Source of the DNA: the human T2T-CHM13v2.0 reference genome, Homo sapiens
Assembly: GCF_009914755.1 (NCBI RefSeq)
Contig: NC_060928.1
Direction: 5' to 3' (one strand)
DNA: 64,000 nt
The position numbers and the translations under genes are program-made. Position 1 is the first letter of the stretch. Each line of letters begins with the position of its first letter. A model generated the notes under the pieces. It saw nothing but the letters and a program-made list of their open reading frames with translations. It was not told the origin of the DNA and ran no database searches. Shown here piece by piece: positions 52,231 to 64,000 of the stretch.

Positions 52231-53217
52231 CATCCCCTCTCTGGGCAGTTGGAAGTGGGAGGCTGGATCAGCGTCTTTGAATGTGGTGGAATGTAGAGGT
52301 GTCCAAAGAAGGAGCAAGGGAAAGAATCTAACACATACAGATAGGACAAAGTGAAAATGGGAGCAGCAAGAAACAAAATAGAAGACAGAAAACTAGCAAA
52401 AGATTATAGAAAGAGGGGAGGCTTAGAAAAAGAAAAGATAAATGAAGACAAATGCAAGCCATATTAGATATCAAGTCAAGTGCATTATTAAAATTCAACT
52501 ACTTTAGTCATTTTGAGCACACTTGTTTTTAGAATAAGTTATCACATTATTAGGTTTGAAATTTTGTCTATTTTTTTTAAATGACTTTCTTGAGTAGCTA
52601 AAACCGTTGCTTAAAAAAATTCTCTTCTATGATGCTTCTGTCACGTTTTGGGGTAATTGCACAGAAAAGATGAATTCATGTTGAGACAGAATTGGGTGGA
52701 AATGTCTAGTTGAAGGGATAAAAACTGAAAATTATCAATAATGAAATTTGGAAGTCTTGTCAATAATTCTTTAATCCCCTAAACAGATTGTATCTTTTAA
52801 AACTTATCTACATTTCAAAGGTAATATTTTGTTTCCCATGGGGATTTTTTAAAAAATTTGGGCAAAACCAAGAATAGGAATGTTATTATACAAATTACTC
52901 AATAGCAATTTTGCTCATGGACATTGTTAACTATGTATGTAGGTTAAATAATTTTTTTCCTATAAGAAAATAAAATACAGTTTTAGATTCTAAATAGCCA
53001 ATTTGTTGTATGTAGTTGACAGGGTAGCCTTTTTTAGTATAGCTACTTTATTTTCAGCCTAACCTATATTTAAGTATGAAATTTATTGGAGAATGAAAAG
53101 TTAACTTTTGCTGCTGCTACTTTCAAAAAAATTTTGTAGAAAAGAGTATTAGTGATAAAATACTTAATAATCTTTTTCTTTCTTTCTCCGTACTTCACCT
53201 GAGTTCTATATATATAT

Positions 53218-53492
53218 GGCCACGCGCAGTGGCTCACACCTATAATCCCAGCACTTTTGGGAGCCCGATTCTAGTGGATCACTTGAGGTCAGGAGTTCGA
53301 GACCAACACAATGAAGCCCTGTGTCTACTAGAAATACAAAAATTAACCAGGCATGGTGTTAGGCGCTTGTGATCCCAGCTATTCAGGAGGCTGAGGCTTG
53401 AACCCAGAAGGTGGAGGTTGCAGTGAGCCAAGATTGCACCACTGCACTCCAGCCAGGACTCCAGCCAGGACAGAGCAAGGCTCCTTTTCAAG

Positions 53493-53523
<31 letters not shown>

Positions 53524-53529
53524 AATAAA
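53218..53529 (+). mobile_element. AluS/J with small deletions and a 12-bp tandem duplication
   Basis: Dimeric Alu; actccagccagg twice at 53446-53469. Confidence 0.9.
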
Positions 53530-54311
53530 TTGCAAATAATATGTGCACCAAGACATAAGACAGTAAGCTTTTTTTTTTTTTTTTTTTACTCCTATGTCAG
53601 TTCCTGAACAGTTTGGTAGAACATCTCCTTAATCATCAATTAACCAACAGGTTACAGAAATTGAGTGAGAGAGGACTTCTTGGAGGATTACAATCTAATT
53701 ACGTAACAGGAAGAAAACACAAACTGATTTTTATTATGTCCTACAGTTTTTCACTGTTCAGTATAAATTATACTTTTTCTCAAGGAAAGAGAGATAGATA
53801 TAATGGATAGGCTATGAAATGTTGGGAGATACTGAGAACAAAATTTTGCTGCAATTTATGAAGAATAATTGTTTTATTTTAATTTTAAGTTCCCAGTGTA
53901 TTTTGTTGAAAAAAAAAAAAAACCTACAAGGAAGTTTCAGTTACTCAGGGACTAATCAGTTAGCTGGCCACTTTTTTATATAAAATGGCATTTTCTTCTA
54001 GGTTTGCCTTTAGTTTTCACCATAACAGTGTCATTACTTATTACAACTTCATCCTGAGTAGAAAGAGAAACAGAACTAGCTAATATCAGCTTGTTTGGCT
54101 TTATGCTTGGTGAGAGATGTTGGCATTGTGGTTTAAAGTGGAGGTTTTATTTATTTTGAGTCGTTATTCATCCATCACTGGTTTTCACTAACGAAAAGTT
54201 AGCTGTGCTTATCTACTGAGAGATCAATTCCATTTTAAGAGCAATTTATAAAGCTTGAAGACAGCCATGAATATAAAATAGCACAATTCACCAGGTCTTC
54301 ACAAAGAATAC

Positions 54312-54352
54312 TCAAAATTGAGTATATCAATTTCAAAATTGAGTATATCAAT
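54312..54352. repeat. 20-bp tandem duplication (period 21)
   Basis: tcaaaattgagtatatcaat at 54312-54331 and 54333-54352. Confidence 0.9.
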
Positions 54353-55619
54353 AATCAAAATCTAATTTTACCACTGGTGTAAAGAGAAAGTAAGTTAAAA
54401 AATCCCAAATCCTTTCTTTGTTGGATTAGGTTCCTGCCTTTCTTATTATTCTTTGCTTTCATCTATTGTATCCAGCAAAGTGGTATCATATCAATGAAAA
54501 GCTAAAACTCCTAGTAACTTGTAGGAGCACATTGACATAGGTGTAAAAAAGAGAGACTTCAACTCAAAACAAAACTTTTACATTAAAAGTAAAAGGCCTA
54601 CTCAGAAGTGGAAATAATCTAGATCCACTTCCCTTAAATACCAGTCCTTATCAGAAAATGCATATTTAGTAGTATTTTATTTCACAATATGTGAGTTATC
54701 TAGCTCAAGAAGGAATAAAGGGAGTCTTTAGTTAAATCAGAGGATGTTGTGAAATAGCACTGCAGTGTTCATAATGAAATTCTTTATATTCATCAATGTT
54801 TTTCAGACTGAGTTCCAATATATATTCTCTAGGATCTAAAAGTCTCCATGATATTTCATTTATAAATTATGTCAGTGTTCCTACACATTCATATACACAC
54901 ACATACATGTACACATATACATACTAGAAGAATTAGATGACAGTCTTACAGCCAAATACCACAATTTTTTTTATTACTTACATTTGCTTCTATCTTGGAG
55001 CCAAATGAAGAATAAATGTTTTTGTTTTCTTGTCAGTTTGAGTTTTTCAAGCTGTCTTCTAAGACCATATTCTTGGGGCCTGAAGTTTTTCAAGTTTAAG
55101 AAACCCTGAGATAGGTGACTCTTATTTAACCAATTGCTGTGATCAGTTCTATGACCTTGGCATTAAGACCTGGGTGAAATGATCAAAAATGATCTACATT
55201 TTGGTTATTAACATATCTTCCATGTTCACATCCTTTTCCTTTCAGAATTCGTAGCCTTAAAAATAATAAAAAAGGGCAGAAGATAGTCAGACTAGTAGGA
55301 CTCTTGAGGAGGCTCTCCTACCCTCACTCACATCACAGCTGCTGCTTTCCTAATGGTCAGGATTACATGCCCAAAGCCTTAGAAAATTATCTTAAAAGGA
55401 TGCCTTCCCTTCACCTTTTTCCTCTTATTGGCTCCAGATGCTCTCTTTTTTGTATAAAATTCAAAACTTGGTCATCGTTTTAAGAGAGATATTAAAGGGT
55501 AACACATTGTATGATCGTATCAAAGTATCACATGTACCTCATGTACAGCCATTATACATCCATAAAAATTACAAATTAAAAAAACTTTTAAAACAATACT
55601 TTAAAGAATAGTAAATGAT

Positions 55620-55800
55620 AGCATAGAGGTAAGAGAATGCATTGTGGAATCCGATTGCCTGTGTTCAGATTCTTCATTCTACTACTTATTAATTCTGTGA
55701 CACTGGACATGATATTTGACTTCTTAGTGCCACAGTTCACAATTTATAAAACGGGAATGAAAATAGCACTTACTTTGTGTGTATTGTTGATGAATTCACA
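55620..55800 (+). mobile_element. MIR
   Basis: gcatagaggtaagagaatgc...gcctgtgttcagattc...ctacttattaattctgtgac...aaaacgggaatgaaaatag. Confidence 0.65.
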
Positions 55801-56434
55801 AACCAGTAATTAATCATATTTGATATTTACAAGTAACAATCTGAAACTAAAATTAAAGTTTTATTGAGGTAATATTTGAGTGCAATGTCATATTACAATT
55901 AGTATCATGTCTTCATGAAAAAAGTAATGGTCTATGAATTTACCAAGGATAAATGGCTGGTCTGTTCCGACATCCCTATGAATTTTTCTTTTCAGCCTAA
56001 TAGATGACTTTTATTTTAATATTTTTAGCTGTAATAAAATTTTAAAATTCTATGAAAAAATGCAAAGAAATCCTGCTGTTCATATACAGTTATTAATTAA
56101 TAACATGATTGTATCACTAGATTATTAAAAGTTCACATACATATGCCACTGTGGCAAAAGGATTCTCATTATTGAAAAGAACACCAATAAATGGTAAAAA
56201 AACATAGTTTTGCATAACTTTGCTGATCATGAATAGTCAAAGACTAATGTGGGTTTAAAATGTGGGTTTAAAATGGAATTATTTTTAGTAATATCAAAGA
56301 AAATCTGAAATCATATGGCATTCAGTCTTTCATATTCTGGGGAAACCTTAAGAAATAAAAGACTTGTGACAACTTTTCTTTATTACCCAATGTCTATATT
56401 TAAAATGTTTGTGTTTCTTTAAAAGAAATATATG

Positions 56435-56740
56435 GGCTGGGTGCGGTGGCACATGCCTGTAATCCCAGCACTTTGGAAGGCCGAGGCGGGCAGATCACCT
56501 GAGTTCAGGAGTTCGAGACCAGCCCGACCAACATGGCAAAACCCCATCTCTACTAAAAATACAAAATTAGCCGGGCATGGTGGCGGGCACCTGTAATCCC
56601 AGCTACTCCGTAGGGTGAGGCAGGAGAATCGCTTGCACTGCAGGCAGAGGTTGCAGTGAGCCAAGATCATCGTGCCATTGCATTCCAGCCTGGGTGACAG
56701 AGCGAGAATTTGTCTCAAAAAAAAAAAAAGAGAAAGAAAA
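56435..56740 (+). mobile_element. AluSq/Sp-like
   Basis: gatcacctgagttcaggagttcgagaccagcccgaccaacatgg; A-rich tail. Confidence 0.92.
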
Positions 56741-57239
56741 ATATTTTAAAAATCAGTAATTAATAATCCTGTCATTAAGGGCAGGCCCATTAATAATTGA
56801 TAATTGATATTTCAGTTATTTTTCCAGGTTTATGGAAATTTTACATATAAAATATAAATGCCTGAAAAAATAAGTTTTGTATTATTCATGAAAATAACTG
56901 GAGCATTTTTAGAATGCATCTTATATACTCTTTGTAAGCATTCCAGAAAGCAATCTTACTGGATAATTTATAGATAACTGTCTAAAACTACTTTGCTAAA
57001 CAATGGAAAAATTAATAACTTAGAAGAAAATGAAATTCTACTTCAAAGAACATATTAAGAGATCTATATTATAAATGTTAATAGAGTTATTTAACATATT
57101 TCTATTATAAAAATGATAGATATTTAATTTTAAAAATTATTAAAGGACTCAGATTTACTTTTGAAATCCATCTGCTAAATATAAAAAAATAGGAAATTTT
57201 GGGCTTATTTTTGTAAATAAAAAATGAATGAAAACAAAT

Positions 57240-57560
57240 TTTAAATAATAAATAATATATATTATATAATTTTTATCTTAATCTTATATATTATTTATAT
57301 ATTGTATATATTATCACTATATTATAAATATAATTATTTATAATATGTATACTATAAATATAATTATTTATAATATGTATATTATGAATATTATAATTAT
57401 TTATAATATGTATATTATGAATATTATAATTATTTATAATATGAATATTATAATATTTACAATATGTATATTATATATTATTTTTATAATAAATTTTAAT
57501 ATACTTATATAATAAATATTATTTTTAAATAATAAATATTATAACAATATTATTTTGTAA
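57240..57560. repeat. Extremely AT-rich degenerate minisatellite (30-33 bp units)
   Basis: tataattatttataatatgtata core repeated at least four times at ~57320-57445. Confidence 0.85.
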
Positions 57561-57637
57561 ATGATAAAATTTTTAAAAACCAAAGCTTTTATAGCTTCAA
57601 CTCTGGAGAGAGGAATTTTATTTACATAAACTTCATA

Positions 57638-57692
57638 TTACATTGGTGCAAACATAATTGCAGTTTTTGCCATTACTTTCATTGGCAAAACC
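57638..57692. mobile_element. MADE1 (Hsmar1 MITE), truncated
   Basis: ttggtgcaaacataattgcagtttttgccattactttcattggcaaaacc. Confidence 0.8.
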
Positions 57693-57999
57693 AGAATACA
57701 AAATTGGCAAGCCAGAAATACAGAAAATATATTATTCAATTAAATGAATGCCCTCCAAACTCTTATTCTTGAATCTAAGATATTTACAAAAATCTTTCCA
57801 TAGATATTCTTTCATAAATACATGTTTGTGTATATGTATATGCAGATGTATCTATCTTTGATTATGTCCTTTTTCATACATACGCATATACACACACACA
57901 CAAACACACACATATATATATGTTTATAAGTTTGCATAAATATTTATATGTGGGCATATATAATGAGGGAAAGAATCAGCTCTTTTTTTTTAGGATACC

Positions 58000-58640
58000 A
58001 AAAATGCTATTTTAAAACTTTCTTTAATACCAACTCAAACAGATTCTTTCCTTCTATGCATTCTAATTCGTTGTGTGGAATACTGTAATTTATTTTTTTA
58101 GTCATGTATTGGTATACATTTAAATTTTTTCACATTGTCTTGCAAGCTCGCTATTATGAACAATGTTGTAATGAATGTTTTAGATCATAAATCTTTGCAA
58201 TATTTTCTAGGAATACATTTTTAGTCAAGAAATTCCTAGTTAAAGAAACTACATTTTGAATTTTAACAGGTATTGCTGAATTATCCTCTAAAACTTTTAA
58301 TCAAAATGTTTTCACAAAATTGCATCTTAATTTACCCTTTGTCAACATAATAGATTTTAAAATTTTAATTTGTATTAATCTACCTTTCTTTAATTATAAG
58401 TATCTATTTAGTCATTTATTTCCTGTTTGTGAACTACTAAAGTATTATGCTCATTTTTTCTTATTTTGTTCAACTTTTACTTACTAATGGTAAAAACTTG
58501 ATATAATAGTAAATGTTTTCTTTGCCTGCTGCATGTTTTGTAAATATTTCCCTCATGTTCATTTAAAAAAAATTCACTTGTGTCGTTTTTCAATTCAGAA
58601 TTTAACATTTTTAAAACATATATTCAATACTCTTGTTATT
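58000..58640 (-). mobile_element. L1ME-type fragment
   Basis: Decayed antisense ORF2 end (ctattatgaacaatgttgtaatgaat, ttcctgtttgtgaact). Confidence 0.5.
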
Positions 58641-58775
58641 ATTTCATCCCAAATCTACAGTGATACACAAAGGCCAGTAAAGAATGTTGACATTGTTTAT
58701 GTATAAATAGTGAACCAGTGCCATTGATTTTAGGACATTTAATGAGAAGATTAAATTGGGTGGCCACAGAGAACA

Positions 58776-58777
<2 letters not shown>

Positions 58778-58818
<41 letters not shown>

Positions 58819-58835
58819 GTGTGTGTGTGTGTGTC
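58778..58835. repeat. (TG)n microsatellite
   Basis: Seen directly. Confidence 0.92.
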
Positions 58836-60759
58836 TGTATTGGGCATGTATCTTTGGATAATAACTATTAGTTAATGGTAGAAATAGCTGATTTTACCAT
58901 TTTTAATTAATGACATATTGCTGGCTGTATTTTCCTGAATGATATGTATGTATGATAGAATTTCTCTAGATGTTAATAATTATTCCAAGAAAAAAAATCT
59001 GTAGTGAAATATTTCAAGAAAAAAATATCATAAGATATTCTTCTGTTAAAGATACACAATAGATCATGGAAGATTTGAAGAAGCTCTGCAATAAGGAAAC
59101 CTGTGTAACTTTGTTTAATCACAATGTTTCTCAAATCATTTACACATATGTCCGTTTTCTGTAAAACACTTTTTGACAGCACACAGGAAATTCTAAAACA
59201 GCTAATAGTGTGGTATTTTCTCACAAAGGAATTAAAATATGTAATTTTTAAAAGAGAAATAAGCAATACCTGAAATGAACTATAATATTTTACAGATTAT
59301 AGTGAAGCTTAAAAGTGGGGTCTATGCCTTGAGGACAGGGCTAAGACATATATATCACATATAACCTCAAATATCTTAAACTGAAGCTACTTTTACTTTT
59401 CCTTAAATAAGCTAAAAACACGTCGGAATATGATGGGTGTTACATTTTGTTTCTTGAATATAGAGAAATAAAGGGTAAAATATTTTTAAGACTAAATAAT
59501 GTTCACATTATTCTAAACAAAGAAATAATAGAGCACCTGTAGCTGTGTTTCAGCAGCACCTAGAAACACTTAACTACACAGAACTTTATATAGTTCACTG
59601 AAGTAGGATAAAATGTTTTACAAAACATTACTCTAGTGTTTTTCCTTGGAGTATCTTCCACCTAGCCCATTGTTGAGCAGGAAAAAGATAAAAGAAAATC
59701 TCTATAAAAACAATTTACAAGTCATTTCAAATAAGTCTCTTACTTTAACTATCTGGTAGGTGCAAAATAAAAAGCCAGATACGGAATTATATTCTGAGTC
59801 TTGTTAATTCAAAACCTGGCATTTATTTTTGTAAATGTCATAATTTCAAGTCTTACTAAGATCATTTTTGCTCCCTTAGCCCTCTTTAATGAAACTCCAA
59901 AATGTATTATGCAAACAGGTTCCAATCAAATGAGGCTTAAATCTTTCTCGGAGACAAATGCAGAGAAATTTCTGTTTATGAGTATGCAATAGATTTTAAT
60001 GTTAGGAATAATATTGATTCTCAGAAGTTGTAGGAATAGCTTATGGGGCATAAATTACATATTTATACCATAGAATTTATTATGAGAACTTAAAAATTTC
60101 AATTTACTTAGCTGTAAATTTATTGACTTCTAGAGATTTAAAATTTTCTTCTGAAGTTAAGCAAATTTGCCTGTAAAATGTGTACAAATTTTAAAATCTT
60201 TATAGTTTAGCAGAAAGCATGAAGACTTTCAAAAAGACAGGTTTTAAACATTGCAAAACCTCATGTATTTTACATTATTTTATATATTTTAAAGGTTACA
60301 TTAGTTCTACAGTTTGGTGTGATGGTTTCACTGGCAAATGCACTTGTCAAAATTAATGACTGAATACTTAAGATTTTCATATATTGTTGTATGTAAACTA
60401 AATGTCAATTTTAAAAAGTACTTAGGTAGTATTAATTCCTTCTTTCTGTTCCTAATGCTCAGCCTCCCACTTATCCACTATCACACTGAAACAAAATTAT
60501 AAAGATTACATTAACATGGCATTATTTCTTTGTCAGTGGAGATTAAATAACCTATATTTTAATGCAACAAGGAGGAAGAGAAAGAGGAGAAAAAAGAGAA
60601 GACCAGCTGTTTTATCTCTGTGAAGCAGAGAAATGATAACTAAAATGGCAACTGGCTTTAATTAATCCATATAAGTGCATATTAGAGTACATTGCTTAAT
60701 GAAAAAGTGGCATTCAGCACAAACCTAGCACACAGTAAGCCTTCATTAATATTTGTTGA

Positions 60760-60865
60760 TGGAAGAATGAAGGAAGATAGAAAGTAAAGAAAGAGGAGGG
60801 AGGGAAGAAGGGAGGGAGAGAGGTAAAGAGAGGGAGAGAAAGAGGAAGGGGGCTAGAAGGAGAAA
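60760..60865. repeat. GA-rich low-complexity tract extending an L2 3' tail
   Basis: cacagtaagcc...atatttgttgatggaagaatgaaggaag followed by a purine tract. Confidence 0.7.
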
Positions 60866-63759
60866 ATTTGAATCCACTCCAAATGTGTTTGGAAACATTT
60901 AAGTTCTCAGCATATTTCTCTAAAAGAAAAGAGACTTCTCCATAAGTTTATGCCAAACAGCATTTCAGACAGATGTATCATGTTTATATTCTTCAGGATT
61001 CAATATTAACTTGGCTAAACAGATATTTATTAATCCCATGCAATACTAGAAGCTCATGTTCCCTATTCTGAACTTAGTAAGATTAGCCAGTAATGTAGGA
61101 CCCTATAATATTCTCCTCAACCTATGATGTGTAGGAATTTGTTTCATCTACTTTTTTCTCACAACAAAATCAGGTCCTCTAGTTGTCAATTGATGATGGT
61201 ACAGATGGTTGCTTAAAATGGATTTAAGCCAGGCAATATGAGAGAATTTTTATGTAGATTATTATTTTAAGTAGTCCAATTTGTAACATTTACCTATAAT
61301 AATATTTAAAAATTATACTTTTAATGTTCCTACCACCGGGGCAAACTTCCTTCCTTGCAGTAAGTAGCTTAAGAAGAATAAAAACAGTGAGAAATAGGCT
61401 TTAAATATAACCATTTTCACTTGGTAACTGGCTCTAACATAATAGCTTCCCATGAGATAATGTAGATGAACAAGCATTTACTGAAATTTGAACCATGATA
61501 GATTTATCAAGTCATTCTATATTTATTTTTTAATGTGTATTCCTGGGCTACCTCCAAGCTTTCTAGAATAAAAGAGATGATTTTGAATTTTAGAAATGGA
61601 ACCAAGTTAATCTGGAAAATATTAATATCTAGACATCAATCCTAGTAGTTGTGTTTGAAAACTCTGTATTATATTCATTACTTAGAAGAGAACAAAAAGT
61701 AGGGAAAGTTGATAATTTTCTAATTCATTTAAAGATGTATTATAATTTCTTTCACTGAGAGAAGTAGTGTAATATCAAGAAAATATTTTTGACTAACAAA
61801 CTGTAAAATGAAGGTTGTTTTCTTCTCTTTTTATAATCACTATCTTCCCTTTCAGCAGTTATAATCAATTAGGATTTAGCTTGGAATTATGGTCTCAGTT
61901 ATAACCCATTTCTGCTTTATTCAAATGTTTTCTGAGATTTGCTTTGTAGCTTAATTTTTTATACATTGAGCTCATTATAAAATATTTATAGGGCATATTT
62001 GGCCTCACACAATACTCTTAGCATAGAGAAACCTATGCATCACCAGGGAACAATTTCTGTTTGAAGATAAACATATTTCTCATCAGTACAGAATGAATTA
62101 TATCGGAAACAATTTTGTATCCTGAGCTTGGCTTTATTTCTTATTACTATGATTTTTAAAAATTATTTTACAATGTGTGAACAAAGAAGTTATGTATACT
62201 TTAATGCTTGAAAATCAGTTCCATTTTTTTTCTCATCCATAAGTATTTTCAGATTTACTTTGATGGTACAGAAATAGAATCATGTAGAAGAGGATATTTT
62301 TAATAATTTGGAGTGCATTTGTGAGGTGTGCGTGTGTGTGTATTTTTCAGCATTATAATTCCTTGAAAATTTTCTTTTAGCCATCATTTGTCCTTGCCTG
62401 ATCATTGCATCTTGAGTTTTTAATGCTGGGTGGAGTATATTTATGAATACCTAAATTTAAGAATGACTACTCACTAAGAACAAATGAAATGCAAATATCA
62501 TTCATTTATAATTTAATACTTACACAGCATACATTTTAACCTGCTTACTTTTTAAAAATACAAAAAAATGATAATGGCCTGAAAAACTGCCCATTTATAG
62601 TAGGTAACACCAAGAATAGGCAATCTGTGAAGATGAGAAGAATGTTTGTACAGATGCGAAGCATAGATGTTACTCAGAAGTGAGAGGAAGAAAGGGGAAG
62701 AGTTAGAAAATTGCTTTTCCAAATACATTGGCAAATCAACTGTGGAATGCGATCAACACCATTTTTTTGTTTGTTTTACATATAAAATCATTTTCTTCAG
62801 TTGTTTTTGAACTATATGTGTGGAAGCAGTGTTTTTTTGGTAGTGGTGATTTATTTGCTTCTCTTTGGCTGCTATTTATATAGGATTACATTATTAGTTA
62901 TTTATCAGTAGTTAGAACAGTCAAATTTTTAGGGTCAATATGCCTGGTGTGATGGTTTGTTTCACTGATGCATAGCAGTTGGACATACTATTTTTCACAC
63001 TTTATTACTAACTTCAACATTCTCAAAGGAAGCATTGAAGAGAAAATTGAGGCGGGACAGTACAATTTCTTAGCATGCCTAGAAAACAAAAGATTAAAGC
63101 AAGTAATATATATATCACATGGACAAAGGAAGAGTGTACTCCTGGTTGTATACTAAGAAGCCTTGTATTGCTGGATTTTACAGAGTGTATCCACAGACAA
63201 GTTTTATTAATCTTTGCCTACCTGTCTTGCATTTTCACAGTGAGAATATTCAATAATTCAAAGCACATTCATATGTTGTTATCTTTGGAGATGAGAGGAA
63301 GATTGAATAAGTGTTAAAATGTGCACTGATTTTTACAGTGAAATTCAGAAATTGATAAACATTTTTTAACTTCAAATTTAAATTGAGATTTAGATAACGA
63401 TATATTTAAACATACATGTTAGCTCATATTATTTTGCTAAATGAAATACCTAAATACAAATTTAATATCTTAGGATACATTTGATATTTTTCCATGGCAG
63501 GTTGTTAATATAAAAGTTATTTCTAAAAGCACCACACATACCTATTAATATGAATAGTAAATACAAATCCAAATTTAAATAATCTAAAATATTATTTTAT
63601 TGATAACATTAAAATAGTAATATTTACATGTATTTTTAAGTAATCTCAATTTTTCATGTCATATCTAAGAAATTAGAAGAACATAAATCCATTATAGTAT
63701 CTAATTCACACTTGGAAATGTTCCTGCTGCATACTTTCTATTCAGTCTCTTCTTGATTT

Positions 63760-64000
63760 ATTCATTCAACAAATACTCATTTTGTGCCTGTAATTTGCCA
63801 AGTACTGTTTTAGGCATGAGAACAAAATGAATAAATTAGACGCAGTCCATGAGCTCTTGAAGCTTATAATGCAATGAGGAAGACAGGATACACCAAAAAT
63901 TGTGTAAGTAGATAAAAGCTAGTCAGGCACTGACAGGTGTACTGACTTTGATAGAGTGATAAAGAAGGTATCTAGAACAGTAACTTGAATGAATTGATGG
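63760..64000 (-). mobile_element. L2 3' end
   Basis: attcattcaacaaatactc...gtgcctgtaatttgccaagtactgttttaggc. Confidence 0.72.

Overview
AT-rich primate (probably human/ape) intronic or intergenic DNA. I find no credible protein-coding exon, RNA gene or CRISPR array. The ORF-track entries are Alu-, L1- or LTR-derived or look like chance ORFs; 9802-10317 is the C-terminus of L1 ORF2 in a 5'-truncated element. Much of the window is interspersed repeats (10 Alu/FLAM, several L1PA/PB/MA/ME, HAL1, L2, MIR, THE1/MST/MLT1/MER21 LTRs, Tigger1, MER33/5/63/94/103, MADE1) plus microsatellites. The most unusual structure is a ~772-bp, roughly 96-97% identical inverted duplication (42440-43211 vs 46218-46989). 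Its second copy splits a MER21C LTR with no TSD or poly-A, and a stray 40-bp copy of that LTR lies in the 3-kb spacer, which suggests local template switching. Smaller signals: palindrome-forming micro-rearrangements, a twin-primed L1, an AluY that re-duplicated an L1 TSD, and repeat-free enhancer-like blocks. I cannot support a new multi-gene biological system. Repeat families were called by eye from remembered consensus sequences, so subfamilies and boundaries of old elements are approximate.
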